NCBI GenBank assembly: GCA_964057225.1
Contig: OZ059895.1
Coordinates: forward strand, 22,630,001 to 22,694,000
DNA length: 64,000 nucleotides
From: Auanema rhodensis
Lineage: Eukaryota; Animalia; Nematoda
Direction of reading: 5' to 3'
The notes beneath the pieces are model-generated. The model ran no database searches. It was given only the letters and a program-made list of their open reading frames with translations, and was not told the origin of the DNA. The position numbers and the translations under genes were made by a program. Shown here piece after piece: positions 39,101 through 54,313 of the stretch (its first letter is position 1; every line of letters starts with the position of its first letter).

Positions 39101-42100
39101 CTCAACATACACTAATGCATCATTTTTCAAACGATCATAACTAATTTTTGTATTAAGCGTTTCTCAATGTAGTATAGTGCATTCGATGCGGATTTTTAAG
39201 CTGCGTCGTTCTGTGTTATCAGATTTGCGCTAGCTTAAAAATGCACCGAGATATCAACTGATATAAGTTCACACTTATATCCTCGATTTTCACCCTGAAG
39301 AATTAATTTTTTCGTTGAATAACAATGTCCATCGTCTTTGCCTTGAAAAAACAAATCTAAAAACATCTACTTTTTGCTAAATTATTTTGAAATTTTTCGA
39401 AAAAATTTTTGTCAAAATGTTTTTGGAAGCAATGTTGAGTGTACATGGAAACTCAACATACACTAATGCATCATTTTTCAAACGATCATAACTAATTTTT
39501 GTATTAAGCGTTTCTCAATGTAGTATAGTGTATTCGATGCGGATTTTTAAGCTGCGTCGATCTGTTTTATCAGATTTGCGCTAGCTTAAAAATGCACCGA
39601 GATATCAACTGATATAAGTTCACACTTATATCCTCGATTTTCACCCTGAAGAATTAATTTTTTCGTTGAATAACAATGTCCATCGTCTTTGCCTTGAAAA
39701 AACAAATCTAAAAACATCTACTTTTTGCTAAATTATTTTGAAATTTTTCGAAAAAATTTTTGTCAAAATGTTTTTGGAAGCAATGTTGAGTGTACATGGA
39801 AACTCAACATACACTAATGCATCATTTTTCAAACGATCATAACTAATTTTCGTATTAAGCGTTTCTCAATGTAGTATAGTGCATTCGATGCGGATTTTTA
39901 AGCTGCGTCGATCTGTGTTATCAGATTTGCGCTAGCTTAAAAATGCACCGAGATATCAACTGATATATGTTCACACTTATATCCTCGATTTTCACCCTGA
40001 AGAATTAATTTTTTCGTTGAATAACAATGTCCATCGTCTTTGCCTTGAAAAAAGGAATCTAAAAACATCTACTTTTTGCTAAATTATTGTGAAATTTTTC
40101 GAAAAAATTTTTGTCAAAATGTTTTTGGAAGCAATGTTGAGTGTACATGGAAACTCAACATACACTAATGCATCATTTTTCAAACGATCATAACTAATTT
40201 TCGTATTAAGCGTTTCTCAATGTAGTATAGTGCATTCGATGCGGATTTTTAAGCTGCGTCGATCTGTGTTATCAGATTTGCGCTAGCTTAAAAATGCACC
40301 GAGATATCAACTGATATATGTTCACACTTATATCCTCGATTTTCACCCTGAAGAATTAATTTTTTCGTTGAATAACAATGTCCATCGTCTTTGCCTTGAA
40401 AAAAGGAATCTAAAAACATCTACTTTTTGCTAAATTATTTTGAAATTTTTCGAAAAAATTTTTGTCAAAATGTTTTTGGAAGCAATGTTGAGTGTACATG
40501 GAAACTCAACATACACTAATGCATCATTTTTCAAACGATCATAACTAATTTTTGTATTAAGCGTTTCTCAATGTAGTATAGTGCATTCGATGCGGATTTT
40601 TAAGCTGCGTCGTTCTGTGTTATCAGATTTGCGCTAGCTTAAAAATGCACCGAGATATCAACTGATATAAGTTCACACTTATATCCTCGATTTTCACCCT
40701 GAAGAATTAATTTTTTCGTTGAATAACAATGTCCATCGTCTTTGCCTTGAAAAAAGAAATCTAAAAACATCTACTTTTTGCTAAATTATTTTGAAATTTT
40801 TCGAAAAAATTTTTGTCAAAATGTTTTTAGAAGCAATGTTGAGTGTACATGGAAACTCAACATACACTAATGCATCATTTTTCAAACGATCATAACTAAT
40901 TTTTGTATTAAGCGTTTCTCAATGTAGTATAGTGCATTCGATGCGGATTTTTAAGCTGCAATGATCTGTGTTATCAGATTTGCGCTAGCTTAAAAATGCA
41001 CCGAGATATCAACTGATATAAGTTCACACTTATATCCTCGATTTTCACCCTGAAGAATTAATTTTTTCGTTGAATAACAATGTCCATCGTCTTTGCCTTG
41101 AAAAAAGAAATCTAAAAACATCTACTTTTTGCTAAATTATTTTGAAATTTTTCGAAAAAATTTTTGTCAAAATGTTTTTGGAAGCAATGTTGAGTGTACA
41201 TGGAAACTCAACATACACTAATGCATCATTTTTCAAACGATCATAACTAATTTTTGTATTAAGCGTTTCTCAATGTAGTATAGTGCATTCGATGCAGATT
41301 TTTAAGCTGCGTCGATCTGTGTTATCAGATTTGCGCTAGCTTAAAAATGCACCGAGATATCAACTGATATATGTTCACACTTATATCCTCGATTTTCACC
41401 CTGAAGAATTAATTTTTTCGTTGAATAACAATGTCCATCGTCTTTGCCTTGAAAAAAGGAATCTAAAAACATCTACTTTTTGCTAAATTATTTTGAAATT
41501 TTTCGAAAAAATTTTTGTCAAAATGTTTTTGGAAGCAATGTTGAGTGTACATGGAAACTCAACATACACTAATGCATCATTTTTCAAACGATCATAACTA
41601 ATTTTTGAATTAAGCGTTTCTCAATGTAGTATAGTGCATTCGATGCGGATTTTTAAGCTGCGTCGTTCTGTGTTATCAGATTTGCGCTAGCTTAAAAATG
41701 CACCGAGATATCAACTGATATAAGTTCACACTTATATCCTCGATTTTCACCCTGAAGAATTAATTTTTTCGTTGAATAACAATGTCCATCGTCTTTGCCT
41801 TGAAAAAAGAAATCTGAAAACATCTACTTTTTGCTAAATTATTTTGAAATTTTTCGAAAAAATTTTTGTCAAAATGTTTTTAGAAGCAATGTTGAGTGTA
41901 CATGGAAACTCAACATACACTAATGCATCATTTTTCAAACGATCATAACTAATTTTTGTATTAAGCGTTTCTCAATGTAGTATAGTGCATTCGATGCGGA
42001 TTTTTAAGCTGCAATGATCTGTGTTATCAGATTTGCGCTAGCTTAAAAATGCACCGAGATATCAACTGATATAAGTTCACACTTATATCCTCGATTTTCA

Positions 42101-45100
42101 CCCTGAAGAATTAATTTTTTCGTTGAATAACAATGTCCATCGTCTTTGCCTTGAAAAAAGAAATCTAAAAACATCTACTTTTTGCTAAATTATTTTGAAA
42201 TTTTTCGAAAAAATTTTTGTCAAAATGTTTTTGGAAGCAATGTTGAGTGTACATGGAAACTCAACATACACTAATGCATCATTTTTCAAACGATCATAAC
42301 TAGTTTTTGTATTAAGCGTTTCTCAATGTAGTATAGTGCATTCGATGCGGATTTTTAAGCTGCAATGATCTGTGTTATCAGATTTGCGCTAGCTTAAAAA
42401 TGCACCGAGATATCAACTGATATATGTTCACACTTATATCCTCGATTTTCACCCTGAAGAATTAATTTTTTCGTTGAATAACAATGTCCATCGTCTTTGC
42501 CTTGAAAAAAGGAATCTAAAAACATCTACTTTTCGCTAAATTATTTTGAAATTTTTCGAAAAAATTTTTGTCAAAATGTTTTTGGAAGCAATGTTGAGTG
42601 TACATGGAAACTCAACATACACTAATGCATCATTTTTCAAACGATCATAACTAATTTTCGTATTAAGCGTTTCTCAATGTAGTATAGTGCATTCGATGCG
42701 GATTTTTAAGCTGCGTCGATCTGTGTTATCAGATTTGCGCTAGCTTAAAAATGCACCGAGATATCAACTGATATATGTTCACACTTATATCCTCGATTTT
42801 CACCCTGAAGAATTAATTTTTTCGTTGAATAACAATGTCCATCGTCTTTGCCTTGAAAAAACAAATCTAAAAACATCTACTTTTTGCTAAATTATTTTGA
42901 AATTTTTCGAAAAAATTTTTGTCAAAATGTTTTTGGAAGCAATGTTGAGTGTACATGGAAACTCAACATACACTAATGCATCATTTTTCAAACGATCATA
43001 ACTAATTTTTGTATTAAGCGTTTCTCAATGTAGTATAGTGCATTCGATGCGGATTTTTAAGCTGCGTCGATCTGTTTTATCAGATTTGCGCTAGCTTAAA
43101 AATGCACCGAGATATCAACTGATATAAGTTCACACTTATATCCTCGATTTTCACCCTGAAGAATTAATTTTTTCGTTGAATAACAATGTCCATCGTCTTT
43201 GCCTTGAAAAAAGGAATCTAAAAACATCTACTTTTCGCTAAATTATTTTGAAATTTTTCGAAAAAATTTTTGTCAAAATGTTTTTGGAAGCAATGTTGAG
43301 TGTACATGGAAACTCAACATACACTAATGCATCATTTTTCAAACGATCATAACTAATTTTCGTATTAAGCGTTTCTCAATGTAGTATAGTGCATTCGATG
43401 CGGATTTTTAAGCTGCGTCGATCTGTGTTATCAGATTTGCGCTAGCTTAAAAATGCACCGAGATATCAACTGATATATGTTCACACTTATATCCTCGATT
43501 TTCACCCTGAAGAATTAATTTTTTCGTTGAATAACAATGTCCATCGTCTTTGCCTTGAAAAAAGGAATCTAAAAACATCTACTTTTTGCTAAATTATTTT
43601 GAAATTTTTCGAAAAAATTTTTGTCAAAATGTTTTTGGAAGCAATGTTGAGTGTACATGGAAACTCAACATACACTAATGCATCATTTTTCAAACGATCA
43701 TAACTAATTTTTGTATTAAGCGTTTCTCAATGTAGTATAGTGCATTCGATGCGGATTTTTAAGCTGCGTCGTTCTGTGTTATCAGATTTGCGCTAGCTTA
43801 AAAATGCACCGAGATATCAACTGATATAAGTTCACACTTATATCCTCGATTTTCACCCTGAAGAATTAATTTTTTCGTTGAATAACAATGTCCATCGTCT
43901 TTGCCTTGAAAAAAGAAATCTAAAAACATCTACTTTTTGCTAAATTATTTTGAAATTTTTCGAAAAAATTTTTGTCAAAATGTTTTTAGAAGCAATGTTG
44001 AGTGTACATGGAAACTCAACATACACTAATGCATCATTTTTCAAACGATCATAACTAATTTTTGTATTAAGCGTTTCTCAATGTAGTATAGTGCATTCGA
44101 TGCGGATTTTTAAGCTGCAATGATCTGTGTTATCAGATTTGCGCTAGCTTAAAAATGCACCGAGATATCAACTGATATAAGTTCACACTTATATCCTCGA
44201 TTTTCACCCTGAAGAATTAATTTTTTCGTTGAATAACAATGTCCATCGTCTTTGCCTTAAAAAAAGAAATCTAAAAACATCTACTTTTTGCTAAATTATT
44301 TTGAAATTTTTCGAAAAAATTTTTGTCAAAATGTTTTTGGAAGCAATGTTGAGTGTACATGGAAACTCAACATACACTAATGCATCATTTTTCAAACGAT
44401 CATAACTAATTTTTGTATTAAGCGTTTCTCAATGTAGTATAGTGCATTCGATGCAGATTTTTAAGCTGCGTCGATCTGTGTTATCAGATTTGCGCTAGCT
44501 TAAAAATGCACCGAGATATCAACTGATATATGTTCACACTTATATCCTCGATTTTCACCCTGAAGAATTAATTTTTTCGTTGAATAACAATGTCCATCGT
44601 CTTTGCCTTGAAAAAAGGAATCTAAAAACATCTACTTTTTGCTAAATTATTTTGAAATTTTTCGAAAAAATTTTTGTCAAAATGTTTTTGGAAGCAATGT
44701 TGAGTGTACATGGAAACTCAACATACACTAATGCATCATTTTTCAAACGATCATAACTAATTTTTGTATTAAGCGTTTCTCAATGTAGTATAGTGCATTC
44801 GATGCGGATTTTTAAGCTGCGTCGATCTGTTTTATCAGATTTGCGCTAGCTTAAAAATGCACCGAGATATCAACTGATATAAGTTCACACTTATATCCTC
44901 GATTTTCACCCTGAAGAATTAATTTTTTCGTTGAATAACAATGTCCATCGTCTTTGCCTTAAAAAAAGAAATCTAAAAACATCTACTTTTTGCTAAATTA
45001 TTTTGAAATTTTTCGAAAAAATTTTTGTCAAAATGTTTTTGGAAGCAATGTTGAGTGTACATGGAAACTCAACATACACTAATGCATCATTTTTCAAACG

Positions 45101-48100
45101 ATCATAACTAATTTTTGTATTAAGCGTTTCTCAATGTAGTATAGTGCATTCGATGCAGATTTTTAAGCTGCGTCGATCTGTGTTATCAGATTTGCGCTAG
45201 CTTAAAAATGCACCGAGATATCAACTGATATATGTTCACACTTATATCCTCGATTTTCACCCTGAAGAATTAATTTTTTCGTTGAATAACAATGTCCATC
45301 GTCTTTGCCTTGAAAAAAGGAATCTAAAAACATCTACTTTTTGCTAAATTATTTTGAAATTTTTCGAAAAAATTTTTGTCAAAATGTTTTTGGAAGCAAT
45401 GTTGAGTGTACATGGAAACTCAACATACACTAATGCATCATTTTTCAAACGATCATAACTAATTTTCGTATTAAGCGTTTCTCAATGTAGTATAGTGCAT
45501 TCGATGCGGATTTTTAAGCTGCGTCGATCTGTGTTATCAGATTTGCGCTAGCTTAAAAATGCACCGAGATATCAACTGATATATGTTCACACTTATATCC
45601 TCGATTTTCACCCTGAAGAATTAATTTTTTCGTTGAATAACAATGTCCATCGTCTTTGCCTTGAAAAAAGGAATCTAAAAACATCTACTTTTTGCTAAAT
45701 TATTTTGAAATTTTTCGAAAAAATTTTTGTCAAAATGTTTTTGGAAGCAATGTTGAGTGTACATGGAAACTCAACATACACTAATGCATCATTTTTCAAA
45801 CGATCATAACTAATTTTTGTATTAAGCGTTTCTCAATGTAGTATAGTGCATTCGATGCGGATTTTTAAGCTGCGTCGTTCTGTGTTATCAGATTTGCGCT
45901 AGCTTAAAAATGCACCGAGATATCAACTGATATAAGTTCACACTTATATCCTCGATTTTCACCCTGAAGAATTAATTTTTTCGTTGAATAACAATGTCCA
46001 TCGTCTTTGCCTTGAAAAAAGAAATCTAAAAACATCTACTTTTTGCTAAATTATTTTGAAATTTTTCGAAAAAATTTTTGTCAAAATGTTTTTAGAAGCA
46101 ATGTTGAGTGTACATGGAAACTCAACATACACTAATGCATCATTTTTCAAACGATCATAACTAATTTTTGTATTAAGCGTTTCTCAATGTAGTATAGTGC
46201 ATTCGATGCGGATTTTTAAGCTGCAATGATCTGTGTTATCAGATTTGCGCTAGCTTAAAAATGCACCGAGATATCAACTGATATAAGTTCACACTTATAT
46301 CCTCGATTTTCACCCTGAAGAATTAATTTTTTCGTTGAATAACAATGTCCATCGTCTTTGCCTTAAAAAAAGAAATCTAAAAACATCTACTTTTTGCTAA
46401 ATTATTTTGAAATTTTTCGAAAAAATTTTTGTCAAAATGTTTTTGGAAGCAATGTTGAGTGTACATGGAAACTCAACATACACTAATGCATCATTTTTCA
46501 AACGATCATAACTAATTTTTGTATTAAGCGTTTCTCAATGTAGTATAGTGCATTCGATGCAGATTTTTAAGCTGCGTCGATCTGTGTTATCAGATTTGCG
46601 CTAGCTTAAAAATGCACCGAGATATCAACTGATATATGTTCACACTTATATCCTCGATTTTCACCCTGAAGAATTAATTTTTTCGTTGAATAACAATGTC
46701 CATCGTCTTTGCCTTGAAAAAAGGAATCTAAAAACATCTACTTTTTGCTAAATTATTTTGAAATTTTTCGAAAAAATTTTTGTCAAAATGTTTTTGGAAG
46801 CAATGTTGAGTGTACATGGAAACTCAACATACACTAATGCATCATTTTTCAAACGATCATAACTAATTTTTGTATTAAGCGTTTCTCAATGTAGTATAGT
46901 GCATTCGATGCGGATTTTTAAGCTGCGTCGATCTGTTTTATCAGATTTGCGCTAGCTTAAAAATGCACCGAGATATCAACTGATATAAGTTCACACTTAT
47001 ATCCTCGATTTTCACCCTGAAGAATTAATTTTTTCGTTGAATAACAATGTCCATCGTCTTTGCCTTGAAAAAACAAATCTAAAAACATCTACTTTTTGCT
47101 AAATTATTTTGAAATTTTTCGAAAAAATTTTTGTCAAAATGTTTTTGGAAGCAATGTTGAGTGTACATGGAAACTCAACATACACTAATGCATCATTTTT
47201 CAAACGATCATAACTAATTTTTGTATTAAGCGTTTCTCAATGTAGTATAGTGCATTCGATGCGGATTTTTAAGCTGCGTCGATCTGTTTTATCAGATTTG
47301 CGCTAGCTTAAAAATGCACCGAGATATCAACTGATATAAGTTCACACTTATATCCTCGATTTTCACCCTGAAGAATTAATTTTTTCGTTGAATAACAATG
47401 TCCATCGTCTTTGCCTTGAAAAAAGGAATCTAAAAACATCTACTTTTCGCTAAATTATTCTGAAATTTTTCGAAAAAATTTTTGTCAAAATGTTTTTGGA
47501 AGCAATGTTGAGTGTACATGGAAACTCAACATACACTAATGCATCATTTTTCAAACGATCATAACTAATTTTTGTATTAAGCGTTTCTCAATGTAGTATA
47601 GTGCATTCGATGCGGATTTTTAAGCTGCGTCGATCTGTTTTATCAGATTTGCGCTAGCTTAAAAATGCACCGAGATATCAACTGATATAAGTTCACACTT
47701 ATATCCTCGATTTTCACCCTGAAGAATTAATTTTTTCGTTGAATAACAATGTCCATCGTCTTTGCCTTGAAAAAACAAATCTAAAAACATCTACTTTTTG
47801 CTAAATTATTTTGAGATTTTTCGAAAAAATTTTTGTCAAAATGTTTTTGGAAGCAATGTTGAGTGTACATGGAAACTCAACATACACTAATGCATCATTT
47901 TTCAAACGATCATAACTAATTTTTGTATTAAGCGTTTCTCAATGTAGTATAGTGTATTCGATGCGGATTTTTAAGCTGCGTCGATCTGTTTTATCAGATT
48001 TGCGCTAGCTTAAAAATGCACCGAGATATCAACTGATATAAGTTCACACTTATATCCTCGATTTTCACCCTGAAGAATTAATTTTTTCGTTGAATAACAA

Positions 48101-51100
48101 TGTCCATCGTCTTTGCCTTGAAAAAACAAATCTAAAAACATCTACTTTTTGCTAAATTATTTTGAAATTTTTCGAAAAAATTTTTGTCAAAATGTTTTTG
48201 GAAGCAATGTTGAGTGTACATGGAAACTCAACATACACTAATGCATCATTTTTCAAACGATCATAACTAATTTTCGTATTAAGCGTTTCTCAATGTAGTA
48301 TAGTGCATTCGATGCGGATTTTTAAGCTGCGTCGATCTGTGTTATCAGATTTGCGCTAGCTTAAAAATGCACCGAGATATCAACTGATATATGTTCACAC
48401 TTATATCCTCGATTTTCACCCTGAAGAATAAATTTTTTCGTTGAATAACAATGTCCATCGTCTTTGCCTTGAAAAAAGGAATCTAAAAACATCTACTTTT
48501 TGCTAAATTATTTTGAAATTTTTCGAAAAAATTTTTGTCAAAATGTTTTTGGAAGCAATGTTGAGTGTACATGGAAACTCAACATACACTAATGCATCAT
48601 TTTTCAAACGATCATAACTAATTTTCGTATTAAGCGTTTCTCAATGTAGTATAGTGCATTCGATGCGGATTTTTAAGCTGCGTCGATCTGTGTTATCAGA
48701 TTTGCGCTAGCTTAAAAATGCACCGAGATATCAACTGATATATGTTCACACTTATATCCTCGATTTTCACCCTGAAGAATTAATTTTTTCGTTGAATAAC
48801 AATGTCCATCGTCTTTGCCTTGAAAAAAGGAATCTAAAAACATCTACTTTTTGCTAAATTATTTTGAAATTTTTCGAAAAAATTTTTGTCAAAATGTTTT
48901 TGGAAGCAATGTTGAGTGTACATGGAAACTCAACATACACTAATGCATCATTTTTCAAACGATCATAACTAATTTTTGTATTAAGCGTTTCTCAATGTAG
49001 TATAGTGCATTCGATGCGGATTTTTAAGCTGCGTCGTTCTGTGTTTTCAGATTTGCGCTAGCTTAAAAATGCACCGAGATATCAACTGATATAAGTTCAC
49101 ACTTATATCCTCGATTTTCACCCTGAAGAATTAATTTTTTCGTTGAATAACAATGTCCATCGTCTTTGCCTTGAAAAAAGAAATCTAAAAACATCTACTT
49201 TTTGCTAAATTATTTTGAAATTTTTCGAAAAAATTTTTGTCAAAATGTTTTTAGAAGCAATGTTGAGTGTACATGGAAACTCAACATACACTAATGCATC
49301 ATTTTTCAAACGATCATAACTAATTTTTGTATTAAGCGTTTCTCAATGTAGTATAGTGCATTCGATGCGGATTTTTAAGCTGCGTCGATCTGTGTTATCA
49401 GATTTGCGCTAGCTTAAAAATGCACCGAGATATCAACTAATATATGTTCACACTTATATCCTCGATTTTCACCCTGAAGAATTAATTTTTTCGTTGAATA
49501 ACAATGTCCATCGTCTTTGCCTTGAAAAAAGGAATCTAAAAACATCTACTTTTTGCTAAATTATTTTGAAATTTTTCGAAAAAATTTTTGTCAAAATGTT
49601 TTTGGAAGCAATGTTGAGTGCACATGGAAACTCAACATACACTAATGCATCATTTTTCAAACGATCATAACTAATTTTCGTATTAAGCGTTTCTCAATGT
49701 AGTATAGTGCATTCGATGCGGATTTTTAAGCTGCGTCGATCTGTGTTATCAGATTTGCGCTAGCTTAAAAATGCACCGAGATATCAACTGATATATGTTC
49801 ACACTTATATCCTCGATTTTCACCCTGAAGAATTAATTTTTTCGTTGAATAACAATGTCCATCGTCTTTGCCTTGAAAAAAGGAATCTAAAAACATCTAC
49901 TTTTTGCTAAATTATTTTGAAATTTTTCGAAAAAATTTTTGTCAAAATGTTTTTGGAAGCAATGTTGAGTGTACATGGAAACTCAACATACACTAATGCA
50001 TCATTTTTCAAACGATCATAACTAATTTTTGTATTAAGCGTTTCTCAATGTAGTATAGTGCATTCGATGCGGATTTTTAAGCTGCGTCGTTCTGTGTTAT
50101 CAGATTTGCGCTAGCTTAAAAATGCACCGAGATATCAACTGATATAAGTTCACACTTATATCCTCGATTTTCACCCTGAAGAATTAATTTTTTCGTTGAA
50201 TAACAATGTCCATCGTCTTTGCCTTGAAAAAAGAAATCTAAAAACATCTACTTTTTGCTAAATTATTTTGAAATTTTTCGAAAAAATTTTTGTCAAAATG
50301 TTTTTAGAAGCAATGTTGAGTGTACATGGAAACTCAACATACACTAATGCATCATTTTTCAAACGATCATAACTAATTTTTGTATTAAGCGTTTCTCAAT
50401 GTAGTATAGTGCATTCGATGCGGATTTTTAAGCTGCGTCGATCTGTGTTATCAGATTTGCGCTAGCTTAAAAATGCACCGAGATATCAACTGATATATGT
50501 TCACACTTATATCCTCGATTTTCACCCTGAAGAATTAATTTTTTCGTTGAATAACAATGTCCATCGTCTTTGCCTTGAAAAAAGGAATCTAAAAACATCT
50601 ACTTTTTGCTAAATTATTTTGAAATTTTTCGAAAAAATTTTTGTCAAAATGTTTTTGGAAGCAATGTTGAGTGTACATGGAAACTCAACATACACTAATG
50701 CATCATTTTTCAAACGATCATAACTAATTTTCGTATTAAGCGTTTCTCAATGTAGTATAGTGCATTCGATGCGGATTTTTAAGCTGCGTCGATCTGTGTT
50801 ATCAGATTTGCGCTAGCTTAAAAATGCACCGAGATATCAACTGATATATGTTCACACTTATATCCTCGATTTTCACCCTGAAGAATTAATTTTTTCGTTG
50901 AATAACAATGTCCATCGTCTTTGCCTTGAAAAAAGGAATCTAAAAACATCTACTTTTTGCTAAATTATTTTGAAATTTTTCGAAAAAATTTTTGTCAAAA
51001 TGTTTTTGGAAGCAATGTTGAGTGTACATGGAAACTCAACATACACTAATGCATCATTTTTCAAACGATCATAACTAATTTTTGTATTAAGCGTTTCTCA

Positions 51101-54053
51101 ATGTAGTATAGTGCATTCGATGCGGATTTTTAAGCTGCGTCGTTCTGTGTTATCAGATTTGCGCTAGCTTAAAAATGCACCGAGATATCAACTGATATAA
51201 GTTCACACTTATATCCTCGATTTTCACCCTGAAGAATTAATTTTTTCGTTGAATAACAATGTCCATCGTCTTTGCCTTGAAAAAAAAAATCTAAAAACAT
51301 CTACTTTTTGCTAAATTATTTTGAAATTTTTCGAAAAAATTTTTGTCAAAATGTTTTTGGAAGCAATGTTGAGTGTACATGGAAACTCAACATACACTAA
51401 TGCATCATTTTTCAAACGATCATAACTAATTTTCGTATTAAGCGTTTCTCAATGTAGTATAGTGCATTCGATGCGGATTTTTAAGCTGCGTCGATCTGTG
51501 TTATCAGATTTGCGCTAGCTTAAAAATGCACCGAGATATCAACTGATATATGTTCACACTTATATCCTCGATTTTCACCCTGAAGAATTAATTTTTTCGT
51601 TGAATAACAATGTCCATCGTCTTTGCCTTGAAAAAAGAAATCTAAAAACATCTACTTTTTGCTAAATTATTTTGAAATTTTTCGAAAAAATTTTTGTCAA
51701 AATGTTTTTGGAAGCAATGTTGAGTGTACATGGAAACTCAACATACACTAATGCATCATTTTTCAAACGATCATAACTAATTTTTGTATTAAGCGTTTCT
51801 CAATGTAGTATAGTGCATTCGATGCGGATTTTTAAGCTGCAATGATCTGTGTTATCAGATTTGCGTTAGCTTAAAAATGCACCGAGATATCAACTGATAT
51901 ATGTTCACACTTATATCCTCGATTTTCACCCTGAAGAATTAATTTTTTCGTTGAATAACAATGTCCATCGTCTTTGCCTTGAAAAAAGGAATCTAAAAAC
52001 ATCTACTTTTCGCTAAATTATTTTGAAATTTTTCGAAAAAATTTTTGTCAAAATGTTTTTGGAAGCAATGTTGAGTGTACATGGAAACTCAACATACACT
52101 AATGCATCATTTTTCAAACGATCATAACTAATTTTCGTATTAAGCGTTTCTCAATGTAGTATAGTGCATTCGATGCGGATTTTTAAGCTGCGTCGATCTG
52201 TGTTATCAGATTTGCGCTAGCTTAAAAATGCACCGAGATATCAACTGATATATGTTCACACTTATATCCTCGATTTTCACCCTGAAGAATTAATTTTTTC
52301 GTTGAATAACAATGTCCATCGTCTTTGCCTTGAAAAAACAAATCTAAAAACATCTACTTTTTGCTAAATTATTTTGAAATTTTTCGAAAAAATTTTTGTC
52401 AAAATGTTTTTGGAAGCAATGTTGAGTGTACATGGAAACTCAACATACACTAATGCATCATTTTTCAAACGATCATAACTAATTTTTGTATTAAGCGTTT
52501 CTCAATGTAGTATAGTGCATTCGATGCGGATTTTTAAGCTGCGTCGATCTGTTTTATCAGATTTGCGCTAGCTTAAAAATGCACCGAGATATCAACTGAT
52601 ATAAGTTCACACTTATATCCTCGATTTTCACCCTGAAGAATTAATTTTTTCGTTGAATAACAATGTCCATCGTCTTTGCCTTGAAAAAAGGAATCTAAAA
52701 ACATCTACTTTTCGCTAAATTATTTTGAAATTTTTCGAAAAAATTTTTGTCAAAATGTTTTTGGAAGCAATGTTGAGTGTACATGGAAACTCAACATACA
52801 CTAATGCATCATTTTTCAAACGATCATAACTAATTTTCGTATTAAGCGTTTCTCAATGTAGTATAGTGCATTCGATGCGGATTTTTAAGCTGCGTCGATC
52901 TGTGTTATCAGATTTGCGCTAGCTTAAAAATGCACCGAGATATCAACTGATATATGTTCACACTTATATCCTCGATTTTCACCCTGAAGAATTAATTTTT
53001 TCGTTGAATAACAATGTCCATCGTCTTTGCCTTGAAAAAAGGAATCTAAAAACATCTACTTTTTGCTAAATTATTCTGAAATTTTTCGAAAAAATTTTTG
53101 TCAAAATGTTTTTGGAAGCAATGTTGAGTGTACATGGAAACTCAACATACACTAATGCATCATTTTTCAAACGATCATAACTAATTTTTGTATTAAGCGT
53201 TTCTTAATGTAGTATAGTGCATTCGATGCGGATTTTTAAGCTGCGTCGTTCTGTGTTATCAGATTTGCGCTAGCTTAAAAATGCACCGAGATATCAACTG
53301 ATATAAGTTCACACTTATATCCTCGATTTTCACCCTGAAGAATTAATTTTTTCGTTGAATAACAATGTCCATCGTCTTTGCCTTGAAAAAAGAAATCTAA
53401 AAACATCTACTTTTTGCTAAATTATTTTGAAATTTTTCGAAAAAATTTTTGTCAAAATGTTTTTAGAAGCAATGTTGAGTGTACATGGAAACTCAACATA
53501 CACTAATGCATCATTTTTCAAACGATCATAACTAATTTTTGTATTAAGCGTTTCTCAATGTAGTATAGTGCATTCGATGCGGATTTTTAAGCTGCAATGA
53601 TCTGTGTTATCAGATTTGCGCTAGCTTAAAAATGCACCGAGATATCAACTGATATAAGTTCACACTTATATCCTCGATTTTCACCCTGAAGAATTAATTT
53701 TTTCGTTGAATAACAATGTCCATCGTCTTTGCCTTGAAAAAAGAAATCTAAAAACATCTACTTTTTGCTAAATTATTTTGAAATTTTTCGAAAAAATTTT
53801 TGTCAAAATGTTTTTGGAAGCAATGTTGAGTGTACATGGAAACTCAACATACACTAATGCATCATTTTTCAAACGATCATAACTAATTTTTGTATTAAGC
53901 GTTTCTCAATGTAGTATAGTGCATTCGATGCGGATTTTTAAGCTGCAATGATCTGTGTTATCAGATTTGCGCTAGCTTAAAAATGCACCGAGATATCAAC
54001 TGATATATGTTCACACTTATATCCTCGATTTTCACCCTGAAGAATTAATTTTT

Positions 54054-54313
54054 TCGTTGAATAACAATGTTCATCGTCTTTGCCTTGAAAAAAGGAATCT
54101 AAAAACATCTACTTTTTGCTAAATTATTTTGAAATTTTTCGAAAAAATTTTTGTCAAAATGTTTTTGGATGTAGTATAGTGCATTCGATGCGGATTTTTA
54201 AGCTGCGTCGATCTGTGTTATCAGATTTGCGCTAGCTTAAAAATGCACCGAGATATCAACTGATATATGTTCACACTTATATCCTCGATTTTCACCCTGA
54301 AGAATTAATTTTT
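54054..54313. other. Truncated 260-bp monomer with 91-bp internal deletion (monomer 117-207; junction 54169/54170)
   Basis: Sequence reads GTTTTTGGA|TGTAGTATAG. The next unit starts at 54314, 260 bp after 54054. Confidence 0.95.
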
